A DNA stretch of 38,799 nucleotides from the NCBI GenBank assembly GCA_047519495.1, contig JAPVSX010000118.1:1-38799 (forward strand). The letters are read 5' to 3'. Below, in pieces: positions 1 through 8,672 of the stretch (position 1 is its first letter; the number at the start of each line of letters is the position of its first letter). The translations under genes and the position numbers were made by a program. This DNA comes from Armatimonadota bacterium. Its GTDB lineage: Bacteria > Sysuimicrobiota > Sysuimicrobiia > Sysuimicrobiales > Segetimicrobiaceae. Under the pieces are notes generated by a model. That model was not told the DNA's origin and made no database searches. It worked only from the letters and a program-made list of their open reading frames with translations.

Positions 1-145
1 GAGGCGGGTCCTTGAGGATGGAATAGCACGACACCCCCTTGCTTGTCAATGTTGCAGCCGCACAGCAGCCACCTGCCTTTGGAGGCCATTCCACTAGCCA
101 GTGTTGCTGGCAGGCGCGCCAGGGTGCCAGCGGACGGCGAGGTTG

Positions 146-1717
146 CTACTCGCCGCCCGCCGCCACAAACGTCTCCGAGGCCGCGGGGCCTTCCCATGCA
201 AACGGATGGCCGTCCACGACGCCCCGGATCTCTGCTCGGCCGCGGAGCTGGAGGAAGACCTGCGTCCCGCCCGCGGGAGACCTTCGCTCCCCGGACGCCC
301 CTGAGACCGCCGGTAGACTACCGAGCGCGTCCTGAACGCGGATACGCACCGTCAGGGCATCGCCTCCCTCTCCCGCGCTGATCCGCACTTCCCCCGGCGC
401 CGCGACGCGGCGGCCGGCGACGACCGGTCCCGGATGCCACGCATCGTACGTGAGCGAGTGGATCGGGAACACCCCGACCAATCCACCGCGCCCCGGCGCC
501 GCGGGCGCCCACACAAAGAGCGCGGGCGGACGTCCCCCGGCCCCGGTGATTCCCTCGCCGCCCACGTGGAGCGCACCGTAGAGCAGCGCTCCGCCGCCGC
601 CCGACGCTTCGCCCCACTCCCACGTGACGCTGCGCCACGTCCCCCAGTTGTGATCATGATAGGCGGGGGCCCGCGCGAGATGGAGGACCGAGCGGCCGGT
701 CCGGATCTCGCCGTCGATCCACCCACGGACGGCGGGCACCACGTATCCCGAGATCACGCCGGCCTCGGATGTCTCCCCCGGCGGCAGGTAGAACCCGCGG
801 GCCGGCGTGAGCCAGAGGTCCAGGTGTGCCTGCGGGTCGTCGACCGTGATGTGGTAGCGCCCGGACTGGACGCGGATGCGCGCGGGCCCGATCCGCTGCG
901 CCGCCGCCACGAGGGAGAGGTCCCCCGGGTGCAGCGCCGCCCGGATCGTGAGGTCGTCCGGGGGCGCGCTCAGGTGAGCGCGCTGCATCGCCGACCGCGT
1001 ACCGCGCCGTGTCGCTCCCGTGTCGGCACACCGGCGTGAGGCGCTGTGGCACGACGGGACAACCAAGCGCAGCAGGATGGCGCCCCGCCCCTCGCCGCCG
1101 GCGAGGACCGTGACGTAGCCGTAGGCGCCGGTGGCCGGGTCAAGAAAGTTGAAGTAGTCCCACTCGGCCCACGCCGTCCGGCCCGCGGCCGGGGGCGCGT
1201 GGAAATGATCGATCTGGTCGAACAGCGCATCCGCCGGGGGGTCTACCCAGGCCCGGTCCGCGCCACTGTCCCGGTCCCCCGGCACCGCCTGCGTCACGCG
1301 GGCCGCGTGATCGAGCGAGGGGATGCCAGCCGACGCGTTGGCCGGCACGATCTTGCCGCCGACGCGCAGGTAGACGACGCGGTCGCGGATCTCTGGTGCG
1401 GCTGCGGCGACCTCCGGCCCAACGCGCGGTCCCTCAAGGATGTCCCGCACGACGAACCCGGCGTGCGGGATCGTGAGAAACAGTCCGGTGACGCCGTTGA
1501 CCTTGAGGACGGCCGGGTCGACCCCTTCAGGCAGCAGGACGAGGTCGCCGCCGGCGACGAGATCCCGGTCCCGCGCCTGGGCGAGGAGCGCCTCGCCGAC
1601 GGAGAGGAGCGCGATCATGACGGCCACGCCCACGCCGTACCCCAGCAGCAGGAGCGCCGACCGCCACGGACGGTCGCTCAGGCTGCGCCAGGCGAGCAGC
1701 CACGCGGTGCCCCTCAG
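146..1717 (-). CDS. Fusion: MacB/FtsX-type permease N-terminus (TM1 + first half of periplasmic domain) joined to an AttH/CrtC-like lipocalin-fold domain
   Basis: N-terminus LAWRSLSDRPWRSALLLLGYGVGVAVMIALLS...GGDLVLLP is a typical MacB TM1. C-terminal domain has AEWDYFNF and YHDHNWG..W..WEW motifs of the AttH/CrtC/tocopherol-cyclase-like fold. The upstream part of the 710-aa ORF overlaps the ATPase gene and is spurious. Start placed at CTG 1717, overlapping the upstream TGA (uncertain). Confidence 0.75.
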   Translation of the reverse strand: MRGTAWLLAWRSLSDRPWRSALLLLGYGVGVAVMIALLSVGEALLAQARDRDLVAGGDLVLLPEGVDPAVLKVNGVTGLFLTIPHAGFVVRDILEGPRVGPEVAAAAPEIRDRVVYLRVGGKIVPANASAGIPSLDHAARVTQAVPGDRDSGADRAWVDPPADALFDQIDHFHAPPAAGRTAWAEWDYFNFLDPATGAYGYVTVLAGGEGRGAILLRLVVPSCHSASRRCADTGATRRGTRSAMQRAHLSAPPDDLTIRAALHPGDLSLVAAAQRIGPARIRVQSGRYHITVDDPQAHLDLWLTPARGFYLPPGETSEAGVISGYVVPAVRGWIDGEIRTGRSVLHLARAPAYHDHNWGTWRSVTWEWGEASGGGGALLYGALHVGGEGITGAGGRPPALFVWAPAAPGRGGLVGVFPIHSLTYDAWHPGPVVAGRRVAAPGEVRISAGEGGDALTVRIRVQDALGSLPAVSGASGERRSPAGGTQVFLQLRGRAEIRGVVDGHPFAWEGPAASETFVAAGGE

Positions 1718-2442
1718 AGGATCACCCCGTCCCGCATCCGAATCTGGCAGTCGGCGAGGGCGGCCAGCTCGGGGTTGTGCGTGACGATGACGACCCCGGT
1801 TCCGTCGCGGCTGATCTCCCGCAGCAGTTCCGCGATCCCCCGCCCGGTCGCCTCGTCCAGTTCTCCGGTCGGCTCGTCGGCCAGGAGGAGATCCGGCCGG
1901 TTGGCGAGCGCCCGGGCGATCGCCACGCGCTGCATCTCCCCGCCGCTCAGCTCGCCGGGGCGGTGGTGCGCGCGGTGCGCGAGTCCCACGCGGTCCAGCA
2001 GCGCCCGCACCCGCTTCCGACGCTCGGCGGCTGGGACGCCCGCCTCCATCATCGGGAGGGCGATGTTTTCCTCCGCGCTCAGCATCGGCAGGAGGAAGAA
2101 GCGCTGAAACACGAACCCGACGTGCCGCAGGCGGAGGCGGGCGAGGGCCCCATCGCCCAGCCCGTCCGTGGGCTGTCCGAGGAGCGACACCCGCCCGGCG
2201 GTCGGCAGGTCCACAGCCCCGAGCAGGTGGAGGAGCGTAGACTTGCCGCAGCCGCTCGGCCCGACGATCGAGAGGCATGCGCCGCGCTCGACGCGCAAGC
2301 TGACGCCCCGGAGCGCGTGGACCACCGCACCCGGCATCCGGTAGTCCTTGGTGATGCCGTCCGCGGTCACCACCGCCTCGGCTGTCTCCCCGGCCGTCCA
2401 GCCTGCGACGGCCGTCCGCGCGTGCAGGTCCCCGGCCGTCAC
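1714..2442 (-). CDS. ABC transporter ATP-binding protein, LolD/MacB family
   Basis: Walker A GPSGCGKS, GFVFQ, LSGGEMQRVAIARALAN, LLADEPTG, VTHN. GTGA overlap with the upstream permease. Confidence 0.95.
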   Translation of the reverse strand: MTAGDLHARTAVAGWTAGETAEAVVTADGITKDYRMPGAVVHALRGVSLRVERGACLSIVGPSGCGKSTLLHLLGAVDLPTAGRVSLLGQPTDGLGDGALARLRLRHVGFVFQRFFLLPMLSAEENIALPMMEAGVPAAERRKRVRALLDRVGLAHRAHHRPGELSGGEMQRVAIARALANRPDLLLADEPTGELDEATGRGIAELLREISRDGTGVVIVTHNPELAALADCQIRMRDGVIL

Positions 2443-3659
2443 GACAGGACCTCGCCGTGGAGCGTCGCAGCCACGCCCAGCCGCGACGCGACAGCCGCCG
2501 GATACAGCCCGCCGAGCGCGCCGGTTGTCAGGAGCAACCCGATCGTCCGGCTCGCCGCCGCGGCCGTCAGGGTAAAAAAGTGGATGTTTTCAGGCACGCT
2601 CGGGGCGCTGCGGAGGATCGCGTCGAGGTTCTGGCTGATCAGGAGGCCCAGCGCGAACGCCCCGGGCAGGCTCGCGGCGCTCAGCAGCACGCCCTCGAGC
2701 AGCACCAGGCCGCCGATCCGCATCCGCGTAAACCCGATCGCCCGCAGCATCGCGATGTCCCCGAGGCGTTCCCCGAGCGACAGCGTCACGATTGCGGTGA
2801 TCAGCATGAAGGAGACCGCGACGCTGATCGTGCCCAGGATCAGCGAGAACTGTGTGAAGTAGGTAAGCTGGGAGGCCGCCCGCGCCATGAATCCCTCGAC
2901 GCTCAGCGCGTCCACGTGGGGATCGCGGGCGGCGATCCAGCGGGCAAGGGCCTCCGCACGCCCGGGGTCGTCCATCCGGATCAGGATCAGGGACGCCCCG
3001 CCTTCCGGGCGTCCCTGGAGCCGGCGCAGCTCCGGCGTCGCGAGGGCGACCGACCGCTGGGTGGCCAGATCGAAGTAGAAGTCCGCGATGCCGACGACCC
3101 GGAACGCCTGCGGCGCCGCGTACCGGACGACGAACGGCTCCGGCACCGCGGACAGTACGATCCGGTCGCCGACCCGCACGCCGTTCAGCCGGGCCATGTT
3201 GCGGTTGACGACGACCGGAGGCGCCCCTGCCGGCGCCGGTCCCGGGGTGCGTGCGGGCGGCAGGTCTCGTCCCTCCAGGACGGCGTACACGCCGGAGCCC
3301 CCGGCCGGCACGCCGAGCGCAAACGACGGGAACCGGTCGGCGCCGCGCCAGACGTACAGGTTGGTCGCGACAACGGGTTCAGCCGCGGCGACCCCGGGCC
3401 GGGCGGCGATCGCCGCGGCCAGCCGGCCGCCGTCCGGGATCTCGGCGCTGCTCGAAAACGGCAGGGTGCCGCGCGGAACGACGCGGATCGCGAACCCCAG
3501 GCGGCTGATCATGGTCCCGAGGCTGGCTTCCAGGCCGCGGGACAGCATCGTCATGTCGAGCAGGAGCGCGCCCGTCACGCTGAGGCCGAGGATGACGAGG
3601 GCCGTGCGCACAGGATGCCGCGCGATCGTGCGCGTGGCGAGGAAGCCGAGCGGTCCCAT
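2439..3659 (-). CDS. ABC transporter permease, MacB/FtsX family (full length)
   Basis: N-terminal TM (RTALVILGLSVTG), large periplasmic loop, ERLGDIAMLRAIGF motif, three C-terminal TMs. Confidence 0.92.
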   Translation of the reverse strand: MGPLGFLATRTIARHPVRTALVILGLSVTGALLLDMTMLSRGLEASLGTMISRLGFAIRVVPRGTLPFSSSAEIPDGGRLAAAIAARPGVAAAEPVVATNLYVWRGADRFPSFALGVPAGGSGVYAVLEGRDLPPARTPGPAPAGAPPVVVNRNMARLNGVRVGDRIVLSAVPEPFVVRYAAPQAFRVVGIADFYFDLATQRSVALATPELRRLQGRPEGGASLILIRMDDPGRAEALARWIAARDPHVDALSVEGFMARAASQLTYFTQFSLILGTISVAVSFMLITAIVTLSLGERLGDIAMLRAIGFTRMRIGGLVLLEGVLLSAASLPGAFALGLLISQNLDAILRSAPSVPENIHFFTLTAAAASRTIGLLLTTGALGGLYPAAVASRLGVAATLHGEVLS

Positions 3660-3668
3660 CGGTGCCCC

Positions 3669-4655
3669 CTACCGGCCCACCTGCTCCAGGGGCGGCCGGC
3701 GGAACAGCCGCCAGGCGGTGAGGGCTCCTGCCGCGACCCCCAGGGCGACGGAGAGCACGGCGACCTGCACCAGCAGGGACGGGGTGATCTGCGAGAAGAT
3801 GAGCGTCGTGTCAAACAGCCGCCGGTAGTACCCGTTGATCGCGGCCGACAAGACGTATCCGAGGCCGATCCCCGCCGCGCTCCCGAGCAGCGCGACCCCC
3901 GTCGCAATCAGCAGGACGGCCCCGCCCACGCTTCTGCGGGAGATCCCGAGGAGCCGCATGAGCCCGACCTGCCGCCGGAGCTCCTCTCCGCGCAGCGTCA
4001 TGATCGCCAGCAGGAACACGCTGCTGGCGAGGAGCGAGACGGCGCTGATCGCCCGGTGGAAGCGGGCGATCACCTCGAACGTGCTGGAGTTGCGGCGGGC
4101 CAGGTCGGCCGAGGTGTAGGCGCGGAACCCAAGGCCGGCTGACGTGAGGCGCGCCGCCACGGCGCCGGCCCGCGCGGGGTCCCGCAGGCGCACGATGATG
4201 CTGTCCACCTCGTCGGTGCCGCCCTGGAGCGCCTGGAGATCCGGCAGGTGCAGGCGGACGTCCACGCTTCGCAGCGCGAGTTCGGAAGGATACAGCGTCG
4301 GACGGTAGACGTGCGCGACCCGGATGGTCCGCCAGGGCCCGGTCGGGCTCGCCGAGATCTCTAGAAGATCCCCCTCCCGAAGCCCGAGCCGGCGGGCCGA
4401 CCGCTCGCTCAACGCAATGCCCGGGAGGTCCAGCGCGGTGCCCCGCTCAGTGCGTAGAGCCTGGGCCGGGCGTTGCGCCGCGGCGCCCAGGCGGACGCCC
4501 TGACTCACGCCGTAGGCCCCGGCGGGCCCGGGCGGCATAGACCAGACAGCCATGACGGCGGCGGCGGTCGCCAGCAGCCCCGCAAGGCGGGCGGGCGGTA
4601 GCCCCGCAAGGCGGGCGGGCGGCAGCCCCGCCAGCCGGAAGGAAACGCGCTTCAC
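3669..4655 (-). CDS. ABC transporter permease, FtsX-like, C-terminal half only (signal-peptide-like N-terminus)
   Basis: LSERSARRLGLREGD and DSIIVRLRDP periplasmic motifs, ELRRQVGLMRLLGIS, three C-terminal TMs; lacks the canonical TM1. Start uncertain (GTG 4655 or ATG 4667). Confidence 0.85.
   Translation of the reverse strand: MKRVSFRLAGLPPARLAGLPPARLAGLLATAAAVMAVWSMPPGPAGAYGVSQGVRLGAAAQRPAQALRTERGTALDLPGIALSERSARRLGLREGDLLEISASPTGPWRTIRVAHVYRPTLYPSELALRSVDVRLHLPDLQALQGGTDEVDSIIVRLRDPARAGAVAARLTSAGLGFRAYTSADLARRNSSTFEVIARFHRAISAVSLLASSVFLLAIMTLRGEELRRQVGLMRLLGISRRSVGGAVLLIATGVALLGSAAGIGLGYVLSAAINGYYRRLFDTTLIFSQITPSLLVQVAVLSVALGVAAGALTAWRLFRRPPLEQVGR
4576..4638. repeat. 24-bp tandem repeat (about 2.6 copies) encoding LAGLPPAR
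   Basis: agccccgcaaggcgggcgggcggt / agccccgcaaggcgggcgggcggc / agccccgccagccgg read directly. Confidence 0.9.
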
Positions 4656-4662
4656 GTCTTCA

Positions 4663-4671
4663 ATCATAGCA
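4663..4671 (-). promoter_or_regulatory. Putative extended -10 promoter (TGcTATGAT)
   Basis: Near-consensus extended -10, 7 nt upstream of GTG 4655, in otherwise very GC-rich DNA. Confidence 0.5.
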
Positions 4672-4878
4672 GGCGGACGTGACGCGGTGCCCCAGACGAT
4701 GCCCGGGAGCATCAACCCTCTCCCGACGCCGAACCAGACGCCCAACCGATCGCCGGGCCGAGGCGGCGACGCCGATGACGGCCGGGATGAGGAGGGCGCC
4801 GAGCGAGCCCGTGAGATGGGACTGGCGCCGGTCCGCGCCGGCGCCCCGCCTGATCTGCACCGGAGACGGCACGCCGGC

Positions 4879-5388
4879 CTAGACGGCCTTTCGGCGCTCC
4901 AGCACGGACCGGAGCGCCGCCGCCAGGCGGTCGTACGTCTCCGTCAGGTCTTCCGGCAGGACCTTCACTTCGCCGATGACCGGCATGAAGTTGGTGTCGC
5001 CAACCCAGCGGGGGACGACGTGGAGGTGCAGGTGGTCAACGATCCCGGCGCCGGCCGCGCGGCCGATGTTCATCCCGACGTTGAACCCCTCGGGATGGTA
5101 CGTGTCCCGGATCGCCTCCATCGTCGCGGTCGAGAGGTGGTACATCTCGAGCGCTTCGTCGTCGGCCAGCTCCGCCGGATCGGCGATGTGGCGGTGTGGG
5201 ACGATCATGAGGTGCCCGGAGTTATAAGGGAACGTGTTGAGGATCGCGAACGCCCGCCGGCCCTGGTAGAGGATCCGGTTCTCCCGGTCCCGGCCCTCCT
5301 GGGGCAGCGTGCAGAAGATGCACGTGTCCTCGGTGCGTCCGGCCCGCTTGATGTACGGCAGCCTCCACGGCGCCCACAGGTGCTTCAC
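4879..5388 (-). CDS. HIT family hydrolase (Ap4A phosphorylase/hydrolase-like)
   Basis: LWAPWR..YI, CIFC, FPYNSGHLM, HLHLHVVPRW histidine triad, GDTNFMP. Confidence 0.95.
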   Translation of the reverse strand: MKHLWAPWRLPYIKRAGRTEDTCIFCTLPQEGRDRENRILYQGRRAFAILNTFPYNSGHLMIVPHRHIADPAELADDEALEMYHLSTATMEAIRDTYHPEGFNVGMNIGRAAGAGIVDHLHLHVVPRWVGDTNFMPVIGEVKVLPEDLTETYDRLAAALRSVLERRKAV

Positions 5389-6113
5389 CCGGCGCGGCTC
5401 CGCTTGAACTGGTCGAGCGCCTGCTGCGCGGCCGCCTGCTCGGCCTCCTTCTTGCTCCGCCCCCGGCCCTCTCCCAGGACCCGCCCGTTCACCTCCACGA
5501 CGGCGATGAACGCGCGGTTGTGCTCGGGCCCCGCCTGGCCGGTGATCCGGTAGCGCGGAAGGCGCCGCTCACGCTGCTGGACGAGCTCCTGGAGCTGGCT
5601 CTTGAAGTCCCCCTCCCCCGGCTCCTCGAGCCGTGCAAGCTCGTCGGCAAACCACCGGGTCACGCAGTAGTGGGCGACGCCGTAGCCCGAGTCGACGTAC
5701 ACCGCCCCCACGACGGCCTCGAGGGCGTCCGCGAGGAGCGACGCCCGGGTCCGGCCCCCACCCTTCTCCTCCCCGCGGCCGAGCACCAGGTAGCGGCCGA
5801 GGTCCATCGTCCGGGCCACCTTGGCGAGCGGCCCCTCGCTCACGACTGCCGCCCGCAGGCGCGCGAGATCGCCTTCCAGACGGGTCGGGAAGAGCCGGTA
5901 GAGGTGGTCGCTGATGACGAGGTTGAGGACGGCGTCGCCGAGGAGCTCGAGCCGCTCGTAATTGTCCCCGTGGCGGCTGCGGGCCTCGGCGCCCGCGGAG
6001 CCGTGGACGAGCGCCGTGTGCAGCAGCGTCCGGTCCCGGAACCGGACGTCCAGCCTGAGCTCGAGTTCGGCGAGCAGGGCCTCCCGCTCGGGGGCCAGGA
6101 CGTCCACCGTCAG
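5385..6113 (-). CDS. rnc: Ribonuclease III
   Basis: [13 protein letters not shown] signature, [13 protein letters not shown]-terminal dsRBD (DFKSQLQE...[12 protein letters not shown]). Start CTG 6113 or GTG 6107. Confidence 0.96.
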   Translation of the reverse strand: MTVDVLAPEREALLAELELRLDVRFRDRTLLHTALVHGSAGAEARSRHGDNYERLELLGDAVLNLVISDHLYRLFPTRLEGDLARLRAAVVSEGPLAKVARTMDLGRYLVLGRGEEKGGGRTRASLLADALEAVVGAVYVDSGYGVAHYCVTRWFADELARLEEPGEGDFKSQLQELVQQRERRLPRYRITGQAGPEHNRAFIAVVEVNGRVLGEGRGRSKKEAEQAAAQQALDQFKRSRAG

Positions 6114-7348
6114 GACGGCCTCCGGACGACGAGGATCGCGTTGTGGCCCCCGAAGCCGAACGCGTTGGACATCGCCACGTCGACGCGGGCCGGCCGGGGG
6201 GAGTTCGGGACGTAGTCGAGGTCGCAGTCCGGATCGGGGATCTCGTAGTTGATCGTGGGGGGCAGCCTCTGCCGCTCGATCGCCAGCGCGCAGGCGATCA
6301 GCTCGACACCCCCCGCGGCGCCCAGAAGATGGGACGTCATGGACTTTGTCGAGCTGACCGGGACGCGCTTCGCGTCCTCGCCGAAGACGCGCTTGATCGC
6401 CAGGGTCTCGAACTTGTCGTTGTAGGGCGTGCTGGTCCCGTGCGCGTTGATGTAGCTGACCTCCGCGGGCGCAAGCCCGGCGTCCCGCAGCGCGGCCGCC
6501 ATGCCGAGCGCGGCCCCGTCGCCCTCCGGGTCCGGCTGCGTGATGTGGAAGGCGTCGGCGCTCATCCCGTAGCCGACCAGTTCGGCGTAGATGCGGGCGC
6601 CCCGCCGCTCGGCGTGCTCCCACTCCTCGATCAGCACCACCCCGGCGCCCTCGCCCATCACGAACCCGTCCCGCCCCGCGTCGAACGGCCGCAGGGCCTT
6701 CTCCGGCGCGTCGTTACGCGTGCTCATCGCCTTCATCGTGCAGAATCCCGCCAGGCTGAGGGGCGTGATCGCCGCCTCCGTCCCCCCGCTGATCATCGCC
6801 ACCGCGTCCCCCCGCTGGATGATCCGGAACGCCTCGCCGATCGCATGGCCGCCGGTCGCGCACGCCGACACGACCGAAAAGTTCGGCCCGCGTGCTCCCA
6901 CCATTATGCTGACGAGGCCGGAGGCCATGTTGATGATCATCATCGGGACGAAGAACGGGCTGACCCGGCCCGGGCCGCGCTCCAGGAGGATCTGGTGCTG
7001 GTCCTCCCACGTGCGCGCGCCGCCGATCCCGGTCCCGACGATAACCCCGACCTCATCCCGGTTCTGGGGGGTGATCGCGAACCCCGCGTCGTCGAGCGCC
7101 ATGCGCGTGGCCGCAGCCGCGAAGTGGACGAACCGGTCGTTCCGCCGGACCTCCTTGCGGTCCAGATATGCCAAGGGATCGAAATCGGGCACTTCGCCGG
7201 CGATCTGGGACTCAAACGCCGTGGGATCGAACGCGGTGATCCGGCGCACGCCCGACCGGCCTTCCATCATCGCGTTCCAGAACGCGTCCTTGCCGGTGCC
7301 GATCGGGCTGACGACGCCAAGCCCGGTGAGGGCCACCCGATTCTGCAT
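6110..7348 (-). CDS. fabF: 3-oxoacyl-ACP synthase II
   Basis: [20 protein letters not shown] catalytic Cys, [26 protein letters not shown]. Confidence 0.97.
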   Translation of the reverse strand: MQNRVALTGLGVVSPIGTGKDAFWNAMMEGRSGVRRITAFDPTAFESQIAGEVPDFDPLAYLDRKEVRRNDRFVHFAAAATRMALDDAGFAITPQNRDEVGVIVGTGIGGARTWEDQHQILLERGPGRVSPFFVPMMIINMASGLVSIMVGARGPNFSVVSACATGGHAIGEAFRIIQRGDAVAMISGGTEAAITPLSLAGFCTMKAMSTRNDAPEKALRPFDAGRDGFVMGEGAGVVLIEEWEHAERRGARIYAELVGYGMSADAFHITQPDPEGDGAALGMAAALRDAGLAPAEVSYINAHGTSTPYNDKFETLAIKRVFGEDAKRVPVSSTKSMTSHLLGAAGGVELIACALAIERQRLPPTINYEIPDPDCDLDYVPNSPRPARVDVAMSNAFGFGGHNAILVVRRPS

Positions 7349-7613
7349 TCAGTTTCCTCTCCAGGAGCGTACTGCGCGCTCCGTGGGTGTCCCGCCTCGC
7401 AACCGCGATGCCGCAACTCCCGACGCTCGCGGCTGCCATCCCGCAGGATCCACGACGGGCCATCCCCCGGATCGCGTAATCGGATTCATGCGCTGTGGGG
7501 TGGTCTCCCTTTCCCGCGGGAGGACAGGCGGAAGCGCAGCCCCTTCGCCCTGCGTAGGGGCTGCGGAGGCGGAGTACCAGCGCCACCGGACCACGGGTGC
7601 CTGTTGCGGGAGC

Positions 7614-7862
7614 TTACTCCGCCGGAGCCTCGACGTGGCTTTCGATGTACTTGGCCGCCTCGCCGACCGTGGCGATCTTCTCCGCGTCCTCGTCCGGGAT
7701 CTCCAGGTCAAACTCCTCCTCGAGGGCCATGACGAGCTCCACGACGTCGAGCGAGTCCGCGCCGAGATCCTCGACGAACTTCGACTGCGGCGTGACCTGG
7801 TCGGGCTCCACGCCGAGCTGTTCCACGACGATCGCCTTCACGCGATCAAACACCGGTGCCAT
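7614..7862 (-). CDS. acpP: Acyl carrier protein
   Basis: [20 protein letters not shown] phosphopantetheine site. Confidence 0.97.
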   Translation of the reverse strand: MAPVFDRVKAIVVEQLGVEPDQVTPQSKFVEDLGADSLDVVELVMALEEEFDLEIPDEDAEKIATVGEAAKYIESHVEAPAE

Positions 7863-7925
7863 CCTACGACCACCCCCTGGCGCCACTCATTCCGCCGTAC
7901 CGGCTCACCACCGTGCTGCCGTCAC

Positions 7926-8672
7926 CTACCGCATCACGAGCCCGCCGTCCACGTTCAGGACCTGGCCGGTGATGTAGGAGGCCTCCTCGGAGGCGAAGAA
8001 CGCCACCGCGGCGGCCACCTCCTCCGGCCTCCCGGTTCGCTTCATCGGAATATGATCCACGAAGTTGGCCCGTTGCTCCTTGCTGAGCGACGCGGTCAGC
8101 CCGGCCTCGACGTAACCGGGCGCCACCGCGTTCACGGTGATCCCCCGCCCGGCCACCTCCTTGGCGACGGCCTTCGTGAACCCGATCACGCCGGCCTTCG
8201 CCGCAATGTAGTTCGCCTGCCCGGGGTTCCCGACCTCCGCCACGATCGAGGTGATGTTGATGATCCGTCCCCGCCGCTGCCGGATCATCTCCCGCAGGAC
8301 GGCCCGGGTGCAGTAGAACGTCCCGTGCAGGTTGACGGCGAGGATCTCATGCCAGTCCTCGTCCCGCATCCGGATGAGCAGGCCGTCCCGCGTCAACCCG
8401 GCGTTGTTGACGAGGACGTCGAGGCTGCCGCGCCACTCGAGCGCCTCTTCGCACAGCCGCCGGCACTCCTCGGGCGAGGTGACGTCCGCCTGGATGATCC
8501 GGCCCGTCCCGCCCACTTCGCTGACCCGGCGGAGCGTCTCCTCGGCGCCCTGGGCGTTCTGGCGGTAGTGAATGACGATAGCGATCCCGTCCCGGGCGAG
8601 CCGGACGGCCGTCGCGCCGCCGATGCCGCCGGAGGCGCCCGTCACGAGCGCGACGCGCGTGTCCGCGGTCAT
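7926..8672 (-). CDS. fabG: 3-oxoacyl-ACP reductase
   Basis: TGASGGIG, NNAGLTRD, YIAAK, VDGG; position in the fab cluster. Confidence 0.96.
   Translation of the reverse strand: MTADTRVALVTGASGGIGGATAVRLARDGIAIVIHYRQNAQGAEETLRRVSEVGGTGRIIQADVTSPEECRRLCEEALEWRGSLDVLVNNAGLTRDGLLIRMRDEDWHEILAVNLHGTFYCTRAVLREMIRQRRGRIINITSIVAEVGNPGQANYIAAKAGVIGFTKAVAKEVAGRGITVNAVAPGYVEAGLTASLSKEQRANFVDHIPMKRTGRPEEVAAAVAFFASEEASYITGQVLNVDGGLVMR

Noticed and set aside
1718-2278. N-terminal extension of the 710-aa ORF
   Set aside because: Overlaps the ABC ATPase in another frame and is low complexity; recognisable protein starts at about 1717.
4576-4638. CRISPR array
   Set aside because: Contiguous in-frame tandem units without spacers; no cas genes.
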